This document shows, piece by piece, positions 18,436 to 29,198 of a stretch of DNA of 64,000 nt (positions are counted from its first letter, which is position 1; each line of letters opens with the position of its first letter). Source of the DNA: Thermoanaerobaculia bacterium (GTDB taxonomy: Bacteria; Acidobacteriota; Thermoanaerobaculia; Multivoradales; JAHEKO01). Made by a program: the position numbers and the translations under genes. Under the pieces are notes generated by a model, which was not told the DNA's origin, did not search any database, and saw only the letters and a list, made by a program, of their open reading frames with translations. The stretch is taken from positions 20,922 to 84,921 of the forward strand of contig JBFGCA010000004.1 of assembly GCA_041567315.1 (NCBI GenBank), in the 5' to 3' direction.

Positions 18436-20088
18436 ATGACCAAGCAGCGCCCGACCCCTGCCTGGATCTGCTGCTTCTACCTCCTGGCCGTTCTGGCCTG
18501 CGGTCCGGCCCAAGAGGTCGACCTGGTGATCCGCGGCGGCACCCTCTACGACGGGCAGGGCGGATCGCCTGTGGTCGGCGATCTCGCGATCGACGGCGAC
18601 CGCATCGTCGGCGTCGGACGGCTCGGACGGGTGCGGGGACGCGCCGAGATCGACGTTGCCGGGCTGGCGGTGGCGCCGGGGTTCGTCAACATGCTGAGCT
18701 GGGCGACCGCCAGCTTGCTGGTCGACGGCCGGGCGCTGAGCGACGTCCGCCAGGGCGTGACCCTCGAGGTCTTCGGCGAGGGGTGGTCGATGGGGCCGCT
18801 GACCGAGGAGATGAAGCGCGAGATGGTGGAGCGGCAGGGCGACCTCGAGTTCGCGGTCGAATGGACGACGCTGGCCGAGTACCTGGAGCACCTCGAGCGG
18901 CGGGGGATCGCGCCCAACGTCGCCTCCTTCGTCGGTGCTACCACGGTGCGGATCCACGAGCTGGGTCACGAGGACCGCGCGCCGGAGCCCGAGGAGCTGG
19001 CGGCGATGCGCGGCCTGGTGCGGCAGGCGATGGAGGAGGGGGCGCTGGGGGTGGGCTCGTCGCTGATCTACGCGCCGGCCTACTACGCCTCGACCGACGA
19101 GCTGGTGGCGCTCGCCGAGGTGGCGGCCGAGTACGGCGGCATGTACATCTCGCACCTCCGCAGTGAAGGCGAGGAGCTGCTGGAGGCGATCGACGAGCTG
19201 ATCGAGATCGCCCGCCGCGCCGGCACACGGGCCGAGATCTACCACCTCAAGGCCTCGCGCCCGGAGAACTGGGGCAAGCTCGAGGCGGCCATCGCCCGGG
19301 TCGAGGCGGCGCGCGCCGCCGGCCTCGAGATCACCGCCGACGTCTACCCCTATCCGGCCAGCGCCACCGGTCTCAACGCGCCGATGCCGCCGTGGGTGCA
19401 GGAGGGCGGTCACGAAGCCTGGGTGGAGCGGCTCAAGGACCCCGGGATCCGCGCCCGGGTGCGCGAGGAGATGGACCTCATCGACCCCGCCAAGATCCTG
19501 CTGGTGGACTTCAAGAGCGAGGCGCTCAAGCCGCTCACCGGCCAGACCCTGGCCGAGGTGGCGGCGGCGCGCGGCACCAGTCCCGAGGACACCGCCATGG
19601 ACCTGGTGATCGAGGACGACAGCCGGGTGGGGGCGATCTATTTCTCGATGTCGGAGGACAACGTCCGCCGCAAGCTCGCCCTGCCGTGGGTGAGCCTGGG
19701 CTCGGATGCCGGGGCGCCGGCGCCGGAGGGCGTCTTCCTGCTGTCGTCGAGCCACCCCCGCGCCTACGGCACCTTCGCCCGGGTGCTGGGCCGCTACGTC
19801 CGCGACGAGGGACTGATGCCGCTCGAGGAGGCGATCCGCCGCATGACGCTGCTCCCCGCCACCAACCTGCGGCTCCGCGAGCGCGGCCGCCTGATGCCGG
19901 GTTTCTTCGCCGACGTGGTGGTGTTCGATCCGCAGCAGATCCGCGACCTGGCCACCTTCGAGGACCCGCACCGGCTGGCCGAGGGCGTGCTCCACGTGCT
20001 GGTCAACGGGGTGCCGGTGCTGAGCGACGGCGAGCCCACCGGCGCCACCCCCGGGCGGGTGGTGCGCGGGCCCGGCTGGCGAGGCTAG
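18436..20088 (+). CDS. N-acyl-D-amino-acid deacylase (D-aminoacylase) family amidohydrolase
   Basis: 550 aa with signal peptide. DLVIRGGTLYDGQGG N-terminal motif. Amidohydrolase metal-binding regions and the C-terminal beta-sandwich typical of D-aminoacylases. Confidence 0.8.
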   Translation: MTKQRPTPAWICCFYLLAVLACGPAQEVDLVIRGGTLYDGQGGSPVVGDLAIDGDRIVGVGRLGRVRGRAEIDVAGLAVAPGFVNMLSWATASLLVDGRALSDVRQGVTLEVFGEGWSMGPLTEEMKREMVERQGDLEFAVEWTTLAEYLEHLERRGIAPNVASFVGATTVRIHELGHEDRAPEPEELAAMRGLVRQAMEEGALGVGSSLIYAPAYYASTDELVALAEVAAEYGGMYISHLRSEGEELLEAIDELIEIARRAGTRAEIYHLKASRPENWGKLEAAIARVEAARAAGLEITADVYPYPASATGLNAPMPPWVQEGGHEAWVERLKDPGIRARVREEMDLIDPAKILLVDFKSEALKPLTGQTLAEVAAARGTSPEDTAMDLVIEDDSRVGAIYFSMSEDNVRRKLALPWVSLGSDAGAPAPEGVFLLSSSHPRAYGTFARVLGRYVRDEGLMPLEEAIRRMTLLPATNLRLRERGRLMPGFFADVVVFDPQQIRDLATFEDPHRLAEGVLHVLVNGVPVLSDGEPTGATPGRVVRGPGWRG

Positions 20089-20144
20089 GTCGGGGGCCGG
20101 ACCGGCGCCGGGCGAAAGGGCGTCCGGTACAATCCTGCGACCCG

Positions 20145-20738
20145 ATGCGGAACCCGCTCCAAACCGCCTCCCGCGGCCTGGTGCTGCTGGCCCTGCTGGC
20201 GGGCACCGTGCCCCGGCCGCTCGCCGCCGGCGAGCTGGTCGGTGTCGCGATGCCCGACGCCATCGAGGTCGGTGGCCGGCAGCTGGTGCTCAACGGCATG
20301 GGGCTCCGCAAGAAGGCGATCATCAAGATCTACGTCGCGGGTCTCTATCTGCCGGCCCCGCAGTCCGATCCCGCGGCGATCCTCGCCGCCGACGCGCCGC
20401 GCCGTCTCGGCATGGAGTTCCTGTTCGCGGCTAGCGCCGAGCGCACGCGGGGCGCCTGGGTGGACTGTCTGGAGAAGAACGTCCCCGCCGCCTCGGCCGA
20501 CGTCCGGGCGAAGTTCGCCGCCTTGAACGGGTACATGGAGGACCTCGAGAAGGGCGACCTGATGGCCTTTACGTACCTGCCCGGCGTCGGCACCTCCGTG
20601 GAGATCGGCCTCCAGGGCGGCGAGCCCGAGGTCAAGGGGACGCTCGCGGGCAAGCCGTTCGCCGATGCCCTGTTCTCCTGCTGGCTCGGTCCCGAGCCGC
20701 CGGGCGCGGCCTTCAAGCAGGGCCTGCTGGGGGGCTGA
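20145..20738 (+). CDS. Chalcone-isomerase-like (CHI-like) domain protein, secreted
   Basis: ATG inside the read-through ORF 19392..20738. Signal peptide. KKAIIKIYVAGLYLP motif typical of bacterial Chalcone_3 family proteins. Confidence 0.65.
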   Translation: MRNPLQTASRGLVLLALLAGTVPRPLAAGELVGVAMPDAIEVGGRQLVLNGMGLRKKAIIKIYVAGLYLPAPQSDPAAILAADAPRRLGMEFLFAASAERTRGAWVDCLEKNVPAASADVRAKFAALNGYMEDLEKGDLMAFTYLPGVGTSVEIGLQGGEPEVKGTLAGKPFADALFSCWLGPEPPGAAFKQGLLGG

Positions 20739-20742
20739 GGCG

Positions 20743-21930
<1,188 letters not shown>

Positions 21931-22094
21931 CGGCGCCCCCACCTTGATCCTCGACCGCCAGCCGGGCGTGAACCCGCGCCCCGCGGCCGGGAACGCACGG
22001 GGTTGAAGGCAGGGCCGGAGAATCCGGCCTCCGCGCCGCCGCGTAGCCTCTACGCCGGGCGCGTGGCGAGACCCACCGAGACCAGGAGAACCCA

Positions 22095-22955
22095 ATGCAC
22101 CGCAAGTCGAGATCTTTCCTGCTGCTGGCCGTGCTGACCACCGTCACCCTGTCGGGCTGTCTGCTGCTCACCGCCGAGCAGTTCCAGAGCCTGACCCTGC
22201 TGCTGAAGCTGACCGAGGCGGTGCCCGCCGGACAGAGCGTCGAGGTCCACCGCGCCTTCTACCCGGGCGAGGTCAAGGTGCGCCGCAACTACATCAAGGT
22301 GTTCGGCCGGCTCGAGCTGCCGGCCGGCGCCGAGATGCCGACCAGCGTCACTGCCCGGGTGGAGTCGGAGGACCTCGCGACCGAGCAGATCTACAACCGC
22401 TTCACGATCCGGATCCCGGTCCAGCCGGACGGCTCGTTCTTCAAGTTCAGGCGGTTTGCGAAGAACCTGCGGCCGCGCACCTTGCAGACCTTCTTCATCG
22501 AGGTGGCGGGCGCCGACATCCCCACCGACACCAAGGTGGCGCTGTGCGTGGACGTGGTCAAGAAGCGCGCCGAAGCCGCCCAGCAGGAGGACTGCGGGCC
22601 GGGGGACGGCAACGGCGGGGGTGGTGGTGGCGGCGGCGGCGATCCCGACATGGTCATCGTCGACGTGCTCGACAACAGCTTCGACCCCAAGTCGGTGACC
22701 ATCCAGCCGGGCGACACGGTGCGCTGGGTGCTGCGCGGTCAGGACTCCAGCCACACCGCCACCGAGATGAACGGCACCTGGGACAGCGGCTTCGTGTTCA
22801 ACGCCGCCGGCGCCTTCTTCGAGCGCACCTTCCCCATCTCCGAGGACGGCCAGACCTTCCAGTACTACTGCGTCACCCACCAGGGGTGCTGCGAGATGCA
22901 GGGCTCGGTGCGGGTGGGGGCCAACGCCCCCGATCCGGGCGACGGCTACACGTAG
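22095..22955 (+). CDS. Lipoprotein with C-terminal cupredoxin (type-1 blue-copper) domain
   Basis: Lipobox LTLSGC. Poly-Gly linker (GPGDGNGGGGGGGGGDPD). C-terminal domain has His...Cys-x2-His-x5-Met ligand spacing (SSHTATEM...YYCVTHQGCCEMQG) as in plastocyanin/azurin-like proteins. Confidence 0.6.
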   Translation: MHRKSRSFLLLAVLTTVTLSGCLLLTAEQFQSLTLLLKLTEAVPAGQSVEVHRAFYPGEVKVRRNYIKVFGRLELPAGAEMPTSVTARVESEDLATEQIYNRFTIRIPVQPDGSFFKFRRFAKNLRPRTLQTFFIEVAGADIPTDTKVALCVDVVKKRAEAAQQEDCGPGDGNGGGGGGGGGDPDMVIVDVLDNSFDPKSVTIQPGDTVRWVLRGQDSSHTATEMNGTWDSGFVFNAAGAFFERTFPISEDGQTFQYYCVTHQGCCEMQGSVRVGANAPDPGDGYT

Positions 22956-22961
22956 TCCCAG

Positions 22962-25424
22962 CTAGGCGTCGGGTCGCAGCACCAGGGTGTGGGCCACCGT
23001 CCCGGGCAGGAACGGGGCCGGCTCGCCGGCCGCCCAGGCCCGGTGGCCGGCCCGGTAGTGGGGAGAGAGCGGGTGGCCGCTCTGGCCGGCCGGCATGTGG
23101 AAGAGGCCCTCTTCCTCGCGGCCCGGCGCCACCACCAGGCGCTGGGAGGCGCCCTCGGCCGGCGCCTGGACGCGCGGCATGTGCGAGTCGCCGGGCAGCG
23201 GCTCGGCCGGCATGTCGAGCAGGCGGCCCGAACCGGGCAGGAAGCGGCTCAGCGGATGGCGGATCCTCGCGGTGTTGCGCTCCCCCCAGGTGCGGTCGGC
23301 GAGCCGGCCGCCGCGCTCGGCGAAATAGTCGAGCACGCCGTCGACGGCCGCCAGCAGCCGCTCCTCCCAGCTCGGCTCGGACGGCAGCAGCTCCGCCGGC
23401 TGTTCGTTCGCCAGCCGCCACAGCGCCGACTCGACCTGGTGCAGCTCGGCCAGGCGGAAGCGCTCGTCGGCCTGCCGGCAGGGGGCGGTGAGCTCGCCCA
23501 GCACCCGGTCGAGGAGCTCCAGCCGGAAGGCGCGGACCAGCCGGTAGCCGGCCGAGTCGACCGCCGCCCGGCCGCCCCAGTCCTCGACCAGGCGGCGCAG
23601 CTCGGCGCGCCCGTCGTGGCCGGCAGTGGCCTCGGGGGAGAGGACCTCGAGCAGCAGCCCCCGCCAGCGCTCCAGAAACAGCGCCCGGTCGTCGAGCTGG
23701 ACGGCCAGCAGGTCGCCTTCGGTGGCGCTCTCCAGCTCCAGCAGCCGGTCGCGGATCTGGCGGGCGCGGGCGCCCAGCACGTAGCCGCCGTGGCCGAGCC
23801 TGGCGAGCATCTCGCCGCCCACCACCCGGCTGTTGGCGGTCCAGATGCGCCCGCCCGGCGGGTCGGCGAGCCGCGGGTATTCGGCGGGGGCCAGATAGCC
23901 GTCCCAACCGCGGCCGCCGTCGGCCCAGGCCAGCGGCAGCCGGCCGTCGTGCCCGAAGCGGCGCGGCATCGGACCCATCACCGTCCAGCCGATGCGGCCA
24001 CCTGCGTCGGCCACCACGAAGTTCTGGGGCGGGGCGCCCACCCGGTTGGCGACCGCCATCGCCTCGTCGACGTCGCCGGCGCCCTCGAGCCCGACCAGCT
24101 CGAGATTCACCGCCGCGGCGTCGTGGGCGATCCAGCGCACCGCCCGCCGCCGCCCCTGGTGGTCGCGGTCGACAATCGGGCCCCACGGGGTCTCCTCGAC
24201 CTCCAGGACCTCGTCCTCGGCGCCGCGCACGCGCAGCACCTCGCGGTGGCGCTCGGGCAGGCGCGGTCCGTCGGGGGTGAGATAGGCGCCGCCGGCCTCG
24301 CCGTCCGGCGACTCGAGAACCACCAGGTCGATCCAGTCGCCGTAGGTGTTGGTGAAGCCCCAGGCCACGCGGCCGTTGCTGCCGACGATGACCAGCGGCC
24401 CGCCGGGCAGGGTGACGCCGGTGATCCGGCGCTCGCCGGCCGGGTCGCCGGGATCGGGGTAGACCAGCGAGGCGCGGTACCAGATGTTGGGCACCCCCAG
24501 CCCGAGGTGCATGTCGTTGGCGAGCATGGCCCCGCCGTGGGCGGTGTGGGCGCCGGCCACCGCCCAGTTGTTGGAGCCGGTGACCGCCGATTCTCCAGGC
24601 TCGGGTCCGCCGGGCCGGGGCCCGGGCGCTGCCGGCGCCGGCAGCGCGGGGACCGGCGGCAGCGGGAGCGGCGCCGCGACGGGGAGCGAAGCGGGTAGCG
24701 GGGGATCGGAAAGCGGCGTGCCGTCGATCGGAGCGTCCCAGCTCGTGCCCCAGGGGGCCAGGAAGTCGAGCCACTCGGGTCCCAGCAGGTCGTGGATCAG
24801 GCCCCACGCGGACTCCCGGCTGCCGTCCTCGTCGTGGAGCTGGAAGTACATGGCGTAGACCGCGAGCAGGGTGTCGGCCGGCCGCCAGGGCGCGGGCTCG
24901 GCGCCCAGCACCAGGTACTCGAACGGGGGCGCCTCCAGCGCCCACAGCCCGGCCCGGACCCCCTCGGCGTAGGCCTGGAGCAGCCGTTTGGTGACCGGGT
25001 CCGCGGTCTCTGCCAGCCGCTCGGCGCGCGCCCGGAAGCGATGCAGCCGGTGGGCGCGGTCGGCGGGCAGGGCCGCCTTGCCGAACAGCTCGGCCAGCTC
25101 GCCCGCCGCCTGCCGGCGCATCAGGTCCATCTGGAAGAAACGCTCTTGGGCGTGCAAAAACCCCAGCCCGCGCGTCAGGTCGAGCCGGTCCTCTGCGTAC
25201 ACCGTCGGGACCCCCAGGGAGTCCCGCGTGATCCGAACCGGCGCCGAAAGCCCCTCGACCGCGACCTCGCCGTCGAGCTGCGGCAGACTGGCCCGCAGCC
25301 GGCCGCGGCCCCACAGGGCCAGCCCGGCCGCCGTCGCCACCAGCAGCACCACGACCCCCAGCGCCAGCCGCCGCCACCGGCCGCCACCTGCTTGCGGCGC
25401 CCGCGGCGTCACCGGTTCGGCCAT
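22962..25424 (-). CDS. Penicillin acylase family protein (Ntn-hydrolase, peptidase S45)
   Basis: 820 aa. The spacer is followed by SNNWAV, the autoproteolytic N-terminal Ser of the beta subunit. Overall alpha-spacer-beta layout. Confidence 0.85.
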   Translation of the reverse strand: MAEPVTPRAPQAGGGRWRRLALGVVVLLVATAAGLALWGRGRLRASLPQLDGEVAVEGLSAPVRITRDSLGVPTVYAEDRLDLTRGLGFLHAQERFFQMDLMRRQAAGELAELFGKAALPADRAHRLHRFRARAERLAETADPVTKRLLQAYAEGVRAGLWALEAPPFEYLVLGAEPAPWRPADTLLAVYAMYFQLHDEDGSRESAWGLIHDLLGPEWLDFLAPWGTSWDAPIDGTPLSDPPLPASLPVAAPLPLPPVPALPAPAAPGPRPGGPEPGESAVTGSNNWAVAGAHTAHGGAMLANDMHLGLGVPNIWYRASLVYPDPGDPAGERRITGVTLPGGPLVIVGSNGRVAWGFTNTYGDWIDLVVLESPDGEAGGAYLTPDGPRLPERHREVLRVRGAEDEVLEVEETPWGPIVDRDHQGRRRAVRWIAHDAAAVNLELVGLEGAGDVDEAMAVANRVGAPPQNFVVADAGGRIGWTVMGPMPRRFGHDGRLPLAWADGGRGWDGYLAPAEYPRLADPPGGRIWTANSRVVGGEMLARLGHGGYVLGARARQIRDRLLELESATEGDLLAVQLDDRALFLERWRGLLLEVLSPEATAGHDGRAELRRLVEDWGGRAAVDSAGYRLVRAFRLELLDRVLGELTAPCRQADERFRLAELHQVESALWRLANEQPAELLPSEPSWEERLLAAVDGVLDYFAERGGRLADRTWGERNTARIRHPLSRFLPGSGRLLDMPAEPLPGDSHMPRVQAPAEGASQRLVVAPGREEEGLFHMPAGQSGHPLSPHYRAGHRAWAAGEPAPFLPGTVAHTLVLRPDA

Positions 25425-25504
25425 GACGGCGGAGTCTACCGGCTCGCCCGTGCTACGCTCCGGCGCCGGTCGCGCCGCGGCCGTTCCCTCCCGCTCACCG
25501 AGGC

Positions 25505-26874
25505 ATGACCCCCCGCCGCGCCGCCTTGCTGCTCGCCGCGCTGTTCCCCACCGCCTTGTCCGCCACCGACAAGCCGCTGACCGTGCCCTACGAGCAGTTC
25601 GTGCTGCCCAACGGGCTCAACGTCATCGTCCACTCCGACCACACGACGCCGGTGGTCAGCGTCAACATCCGCTACGACGTCGGCTCGGCTCGCGAGAGAC
25701 CGGGGCGCACCGGTCTGGCGCACCTCTTCGAGCACATCCTCTTCGAGGGCTCGGAGCACGTGCCCGAGGGGAAGTTCGACGAGTGGCTGGAGGCCGCCGG
25801 CGGCACCAACAACGGGGCTACCGACTCGGACCACACTTTCTACTGGCAGGACGTGCCGAGCAACGCGCTCGAGCTGGCGCTGTTCCTGGAGTCGGACCGC
25901 ATGGGCCATCTGCTGGCGGCGATGAGCCCCGCCAAGGTAGACGGCCAGCGCGACGTGGTCAAGAACGAGCGCCGGCAGTCGGTCGAGAACCGACCCTACG
26001 GTCTGGCCTGGGAGACCCTGGACGAGAATCTCTACCCGCCGGGGCATCCGTATCACCACCCGACGATCGGCTCGATGGAGGACCTGACCGCGGCCAGCTA
26101 CGAGGACGTGGTCGAGTTCTTCCGTGACTACTACGGTCCCGGCAACGCCACCCTGTCGGTGGCCGGCGACGTCGAGCCGGCGGCCGCCCGGCGGCTGGTG
26201 GAGAAGTGGTTCGGCGACGTGCCGCCGGGGCGCCCGCCGCCCGGCTCGAGACCGACAAGCGGCTGGTGCTGGAGGACCGGGTGCAGCTGCCGCGGCTCTA
26301 CGTCTGCTGGCTGTCGCCGCCGCGCTTCGCCCCCGGCGACGCCGAGCTCGACCTGGCCGCGGACCTGCTGGCCGGCGGCCGCAGCTCGCGGCTCTACCGC
26401 CGGCTGGTCTACGAGCTGGAGTCGGCGCAGGAGGTGGTGGCCTTCCAGCGCTCGCGGCGGTTCACCTCCACCTTCTGCATCCTGGCCACCGCCCGCCAGG
26501 GCCACGGGCTGGCCGAGCTGGAGGCCGAGATCTCGACCCAGATCGACCAGCTGGCCGACGACGGTCCGACCGAGCGCGAGCTGACCGGCGCCATCCATCG
26601 CTACGAGACCGAGTTCCTCGGCCGGCTCGAGCGGGTCGGGGGCTTCGACGGCAAGGCCGACCTGCTCAACCTGTACTACCTGGAGACCGCCAACCCCGAC
26701 TACTTCAACGAGGACCTCAGCCGCTACCGTGCCGTCGGGCCGGCCGACCTGCGGGCGGCGGTTCGCGCCCATCTGCGGCCGGCGGCCCGGGTGGTGCTCA
26801 GCGTGGTGCCGGAAGGCCGGCGCGGGTTGGCGGTGCCCGCCGGGGAGGAGGCGTCGATCGCTGCGGATGGCTGA
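25505..26874 (+). CDS. M16 family zinc peptidase (pitrilysin-like; HxxEH motif); reading frame apparently disrupted near 26240
   Basis: HLFEHILFEGS inverted zinc-binding motif. Homology continues in the +1 frame (ORF 26206..26874: ...ARLETDKRLVLEDRVQLPRLY) after a C-rich run (ccgccgccc). This indicates a 1-nt indel or a sequencing error. Confidence 0.7.
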
Positions 26875-26953
26875 ACCTCCGCGGCGGCGTCGGCCGCGGT
26901 TACCGGGCGATCGCGGGTCGGTGCGGCCGGCGCGACGCCGAACGGCCTGTTCG

Positions 26954-28615
26954 ATGGCCCTTTGGACGACCCGTCGCCGGGCGCCGCGGTGGATTCGCCG
27001 GGCGATTGCCCGGACCGTCCGGCGATCGACTGGCGCGGTTCTGACGAGGGCCGGTCTGCTGACCGCGGTCCTGTTCACCGGGGCGGCGCCGGTCGCGGTC
27101 GCCGCCCGGTCATCCCCGGAGACACCTGCCATCATGCCCGACAGCCTGCCCGCCACCCCCGACCGCAGCCGGCCGCCCGAGCTGGGGCCGCCGCCCGCCC
27201 TGTCGCTGCCGCCGCTCCAGCGTCTGCGGCTGGGCGGCGGGCTCGAGGTGGTGCTGCTCGAGAAGCACGAGGTGCCGCTGGTCGAGGTCGAGCTGCTGGT
27301 GCGCGCCGGTTCGGCCGGCGATCCGGCCGGCCGGGAGGGGCTCGCCGAGCTGACCGCCGCGCTGCTCGACAAGGGAGCCGGCGGCCGCGGCGCCCTCGAG
27401 ATCGCCGAGGCGGTGGAGTTCCTGGGCGCCGAGCTCCAGACCTGGTCCGACTACCACGACTCCGGGGTGCGGCTGTTCGCGCCGGTGGCGCGGCTGGCCG
27501 ACGGGCTGCCGCTGCTCGCCGACGTGGCGCTGCGGCCGGAGTTCGCCGCCGAGGAGCTGGACCGCCAGCGCCGCGACCGGCTGACCGAGCTGCTCAGGGC
27601 GCGCGACGAGCCGCGCACGGTGGCCGCCGTGCAGCTGGACCGGGCGCTCTACGGCGACCGGCATCCCTATGGCCGGCAGCCGGGGGAGGCCAGCCTGCGG
27701 TCGCTCGCCCCCGACGACCTGCGCGCCTTCCACCGCCGCCACTATCGGCCGGACAACGCCGTGCTGCTGGTGGTTGGCGACGTCACCGCCGCCGACCTGC
27801 TGCCGCTGCTGCAACGGGCCTTCGCCGGCTGGGCCGGGGCGTCCCAACCCCAGCAGGGTGGCGAGACGTCCGCGGAGACGGCGCCCGACCGAGAGGTGAC
27901 CGTCGAACCGGAGACGGCGGAGCAGACGCCCGTCGAGGCGGGGCCGGCGCCCGGCGGGGCGGGCGGCCGCCGCGTCTATCTCGTCGACATGCCTGGTGCC
28001 GCCCAGTCCGAGGTCCGCGTCGGGCGGGTGGGGGCGCCGCGCGATACGCCGGACTACTTTCCGCTGACGGTGATGAACACGGTGCTGGGGGCCTCCTTCA
28101 CCTCGCGGCTCAACTCCAACCTGCGCGAGGACAAGGGCTACGCCTACGGCGCCTACTCGCGCTTCCGCCTGCGCCGGCAGGCGGGACCGTTCTTCGCCGG
28201 CGCCGCCGTCCAGACCGACGCCACCGCCGCTACCGTCACCGAGATCCTGCGCGAGCTGGAGGCCATCCGCCGGATCACCCCCGAGGAGCTGGAGCGGGCC
28301 CGCAACTACGCCGCCCTCACCTATCCGCGCCGCTTCCAGTCGGTCGCCGGCATCACCGACGAGCTGGCCGAGCTGGTCCGCCACCGGCTGGCCGAGGACT
28401 TCTTCAACAGCTACGTCGAGCGGGTGCTGGCGGTCGGCCGCGAAGAGGCCGAGGCCGTCGCCGCCCGCTGGATCGACCCCGAAGACGTGGCGGTGGTGGT
28501 GGTCGGCGACCGCGCCCAGGTCGAGGCCGAGCTGCGCGCCCTGGGGATCGGCCCGGTCGAGACCCTGACCGTCGAAGACGTGCTCGGCCCGGCGCCCAGA
28601 CTCACCGACGGCTGA
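26954..28615 (+). CDS. M16 family peptidase-like protein lacking the HxxEH motif (probable non-catalytic partner subunit)
   Basis: Signal peptide (MALWTTRRRAPRWIRRAIARTVRRSTGAVLTRAGLLTAVLFTGAAPVAVAA). M16 N- and C-domain homology (RVYLVDMPGAAQSEVRVG...). In-frame ATG of ORF 26729..28615. Confidence 0.75.
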   Translation: MALWTTRRRAPRWIRRAIARTVRRSTGAVLTRAGLLTAVLFTGAAPVAVAARSSPETPAIMPDSLPATPDRSRPPELGPPPALSLPPLQRLRLGGGLEVVLLEKHEVPLVEVELLVRAGSAGDPAGREGLAELTAALLDKGAGGRGALEIAEAVEFLGAELQTWSDYHDSGVRLFAPVARLADGLPLLADVALRPEFAAEELDRQRRDRLTELLRARDEPRTVAAVQLDRALYGDRHPYGRQPGEASLRSLAPDDLRAFHRRHYRPDNAVLLVVGDVTAADLLPLLQRAFAGWAGASQPQQGGETSAETAPDREVTVEPETAEQTPVEAGPAPGGAGGRRVYLVDMPGAAQSEVRVGRVGAPRDTPDYFPLTVMNTVLGASFTSRLNSNLREDKGYAYGAYSRFRLRRQAGPFFAGAAVQTDATAATVTEILRELEAIRRITPEELERARNYAALTYPRRFQSVAGITDELAELVRHRLAEDFFNSYVERVLAVGREEAEAVAARWIDPEDVAVVVVGDRAQVEAELRALGIGPVETLTVEDVLGPAPRLTDG

Positions 28616-28703
28616 TCGCAGCCGGCTCCTCGGCCCGTCGGGCGCCGGACGGAGCGGCGAAGGGGCCGAGCCGGCCGACCGGGCACCGAGTCCAGCGGAC
28701 GGC

Positions 28704-28916
28704 TCAGGTCGCCGGGCGCCCGCGGAGCAGCCGCCCGGGCAGCGCCAGCAGCCCGCGCAGCAGGTCCAGGACGCCGTCGACGGCCAGCCCCAGCAGCCGG
28801 AAGGGCAGCAGCAGCAGCCAGACCAGCGGGTAGAGCACCAGTACCACAAGCGCCAGCGGCCAGCTCAGCACCAGCAGGATGCACCACAGCAGGAAATTGC
28901 GCACGGCGGTGCCCAT
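28704..28916 (-). CDS. Small hydrophobic membrane protein (hypothetical)
   Basis: Internal Met of ORF 28704..28961 (MGTAVRNFLLWCILLVLSWPLALVVLVLYPLVWLLLLPF...), two predicted TM helices. Could be spurious. Confidence 0.35.
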   Translation of the reverse strand: MGTAVRNFLLWCILLVLSWPLALVVLVLYPLVWLLLLPFRLLGLAVDGVLDLLRGLLALPGRLLRGRPAT

Positions 28917-29130
28917 CCTCCTAGCAGTACGCACCCGGTCCCGGCGGGTTTCGCTCGCCACGGCTGACGAGGGCGCCTCCAGCTCTCAGCCGTCCCCAGA
29001 GCTGGTGGCTGTCGAGCTGCTGGAGGATCTCCTCTTAGCAGGACCTTTCCTTGAGGCTGGCGTAGGCCCCGGGAAGTAGACCGCGGTCAGCTCGGCGCCG
29101 CCGTCCGCCGCCGCCACGACATGACGGTCC

Positions 29131-29198
29131 CGCGCCGGCTGCCCGTCGTCGAATAGGCGGGTGCTGAAGTAGCGCTCGCGCGGCGCCGTGACGAGATG
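29131..29198 (-). pseudogene. Displaced 3'-terminal remnant of a cysteine-synthase-like gene
   Basis: Minus-strand translation ...APRERYFSTRLFDDGQ... parallels the authentic C-terminus ...GDRGERYFSTRLFESE of the 30613..31506 gene. No start codon. Confidence 0.35.
29155..29179. repeat. Direct repeat copy A (aggcgggtgctgaagtagcgctcgc), identical to the cysteine-synthase 3'-terminal sequence
   Basis: 25/25-nt identity with 30629..30653. The imperfect similarity extends about 10 nt to each side. Confidence 0.7.
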
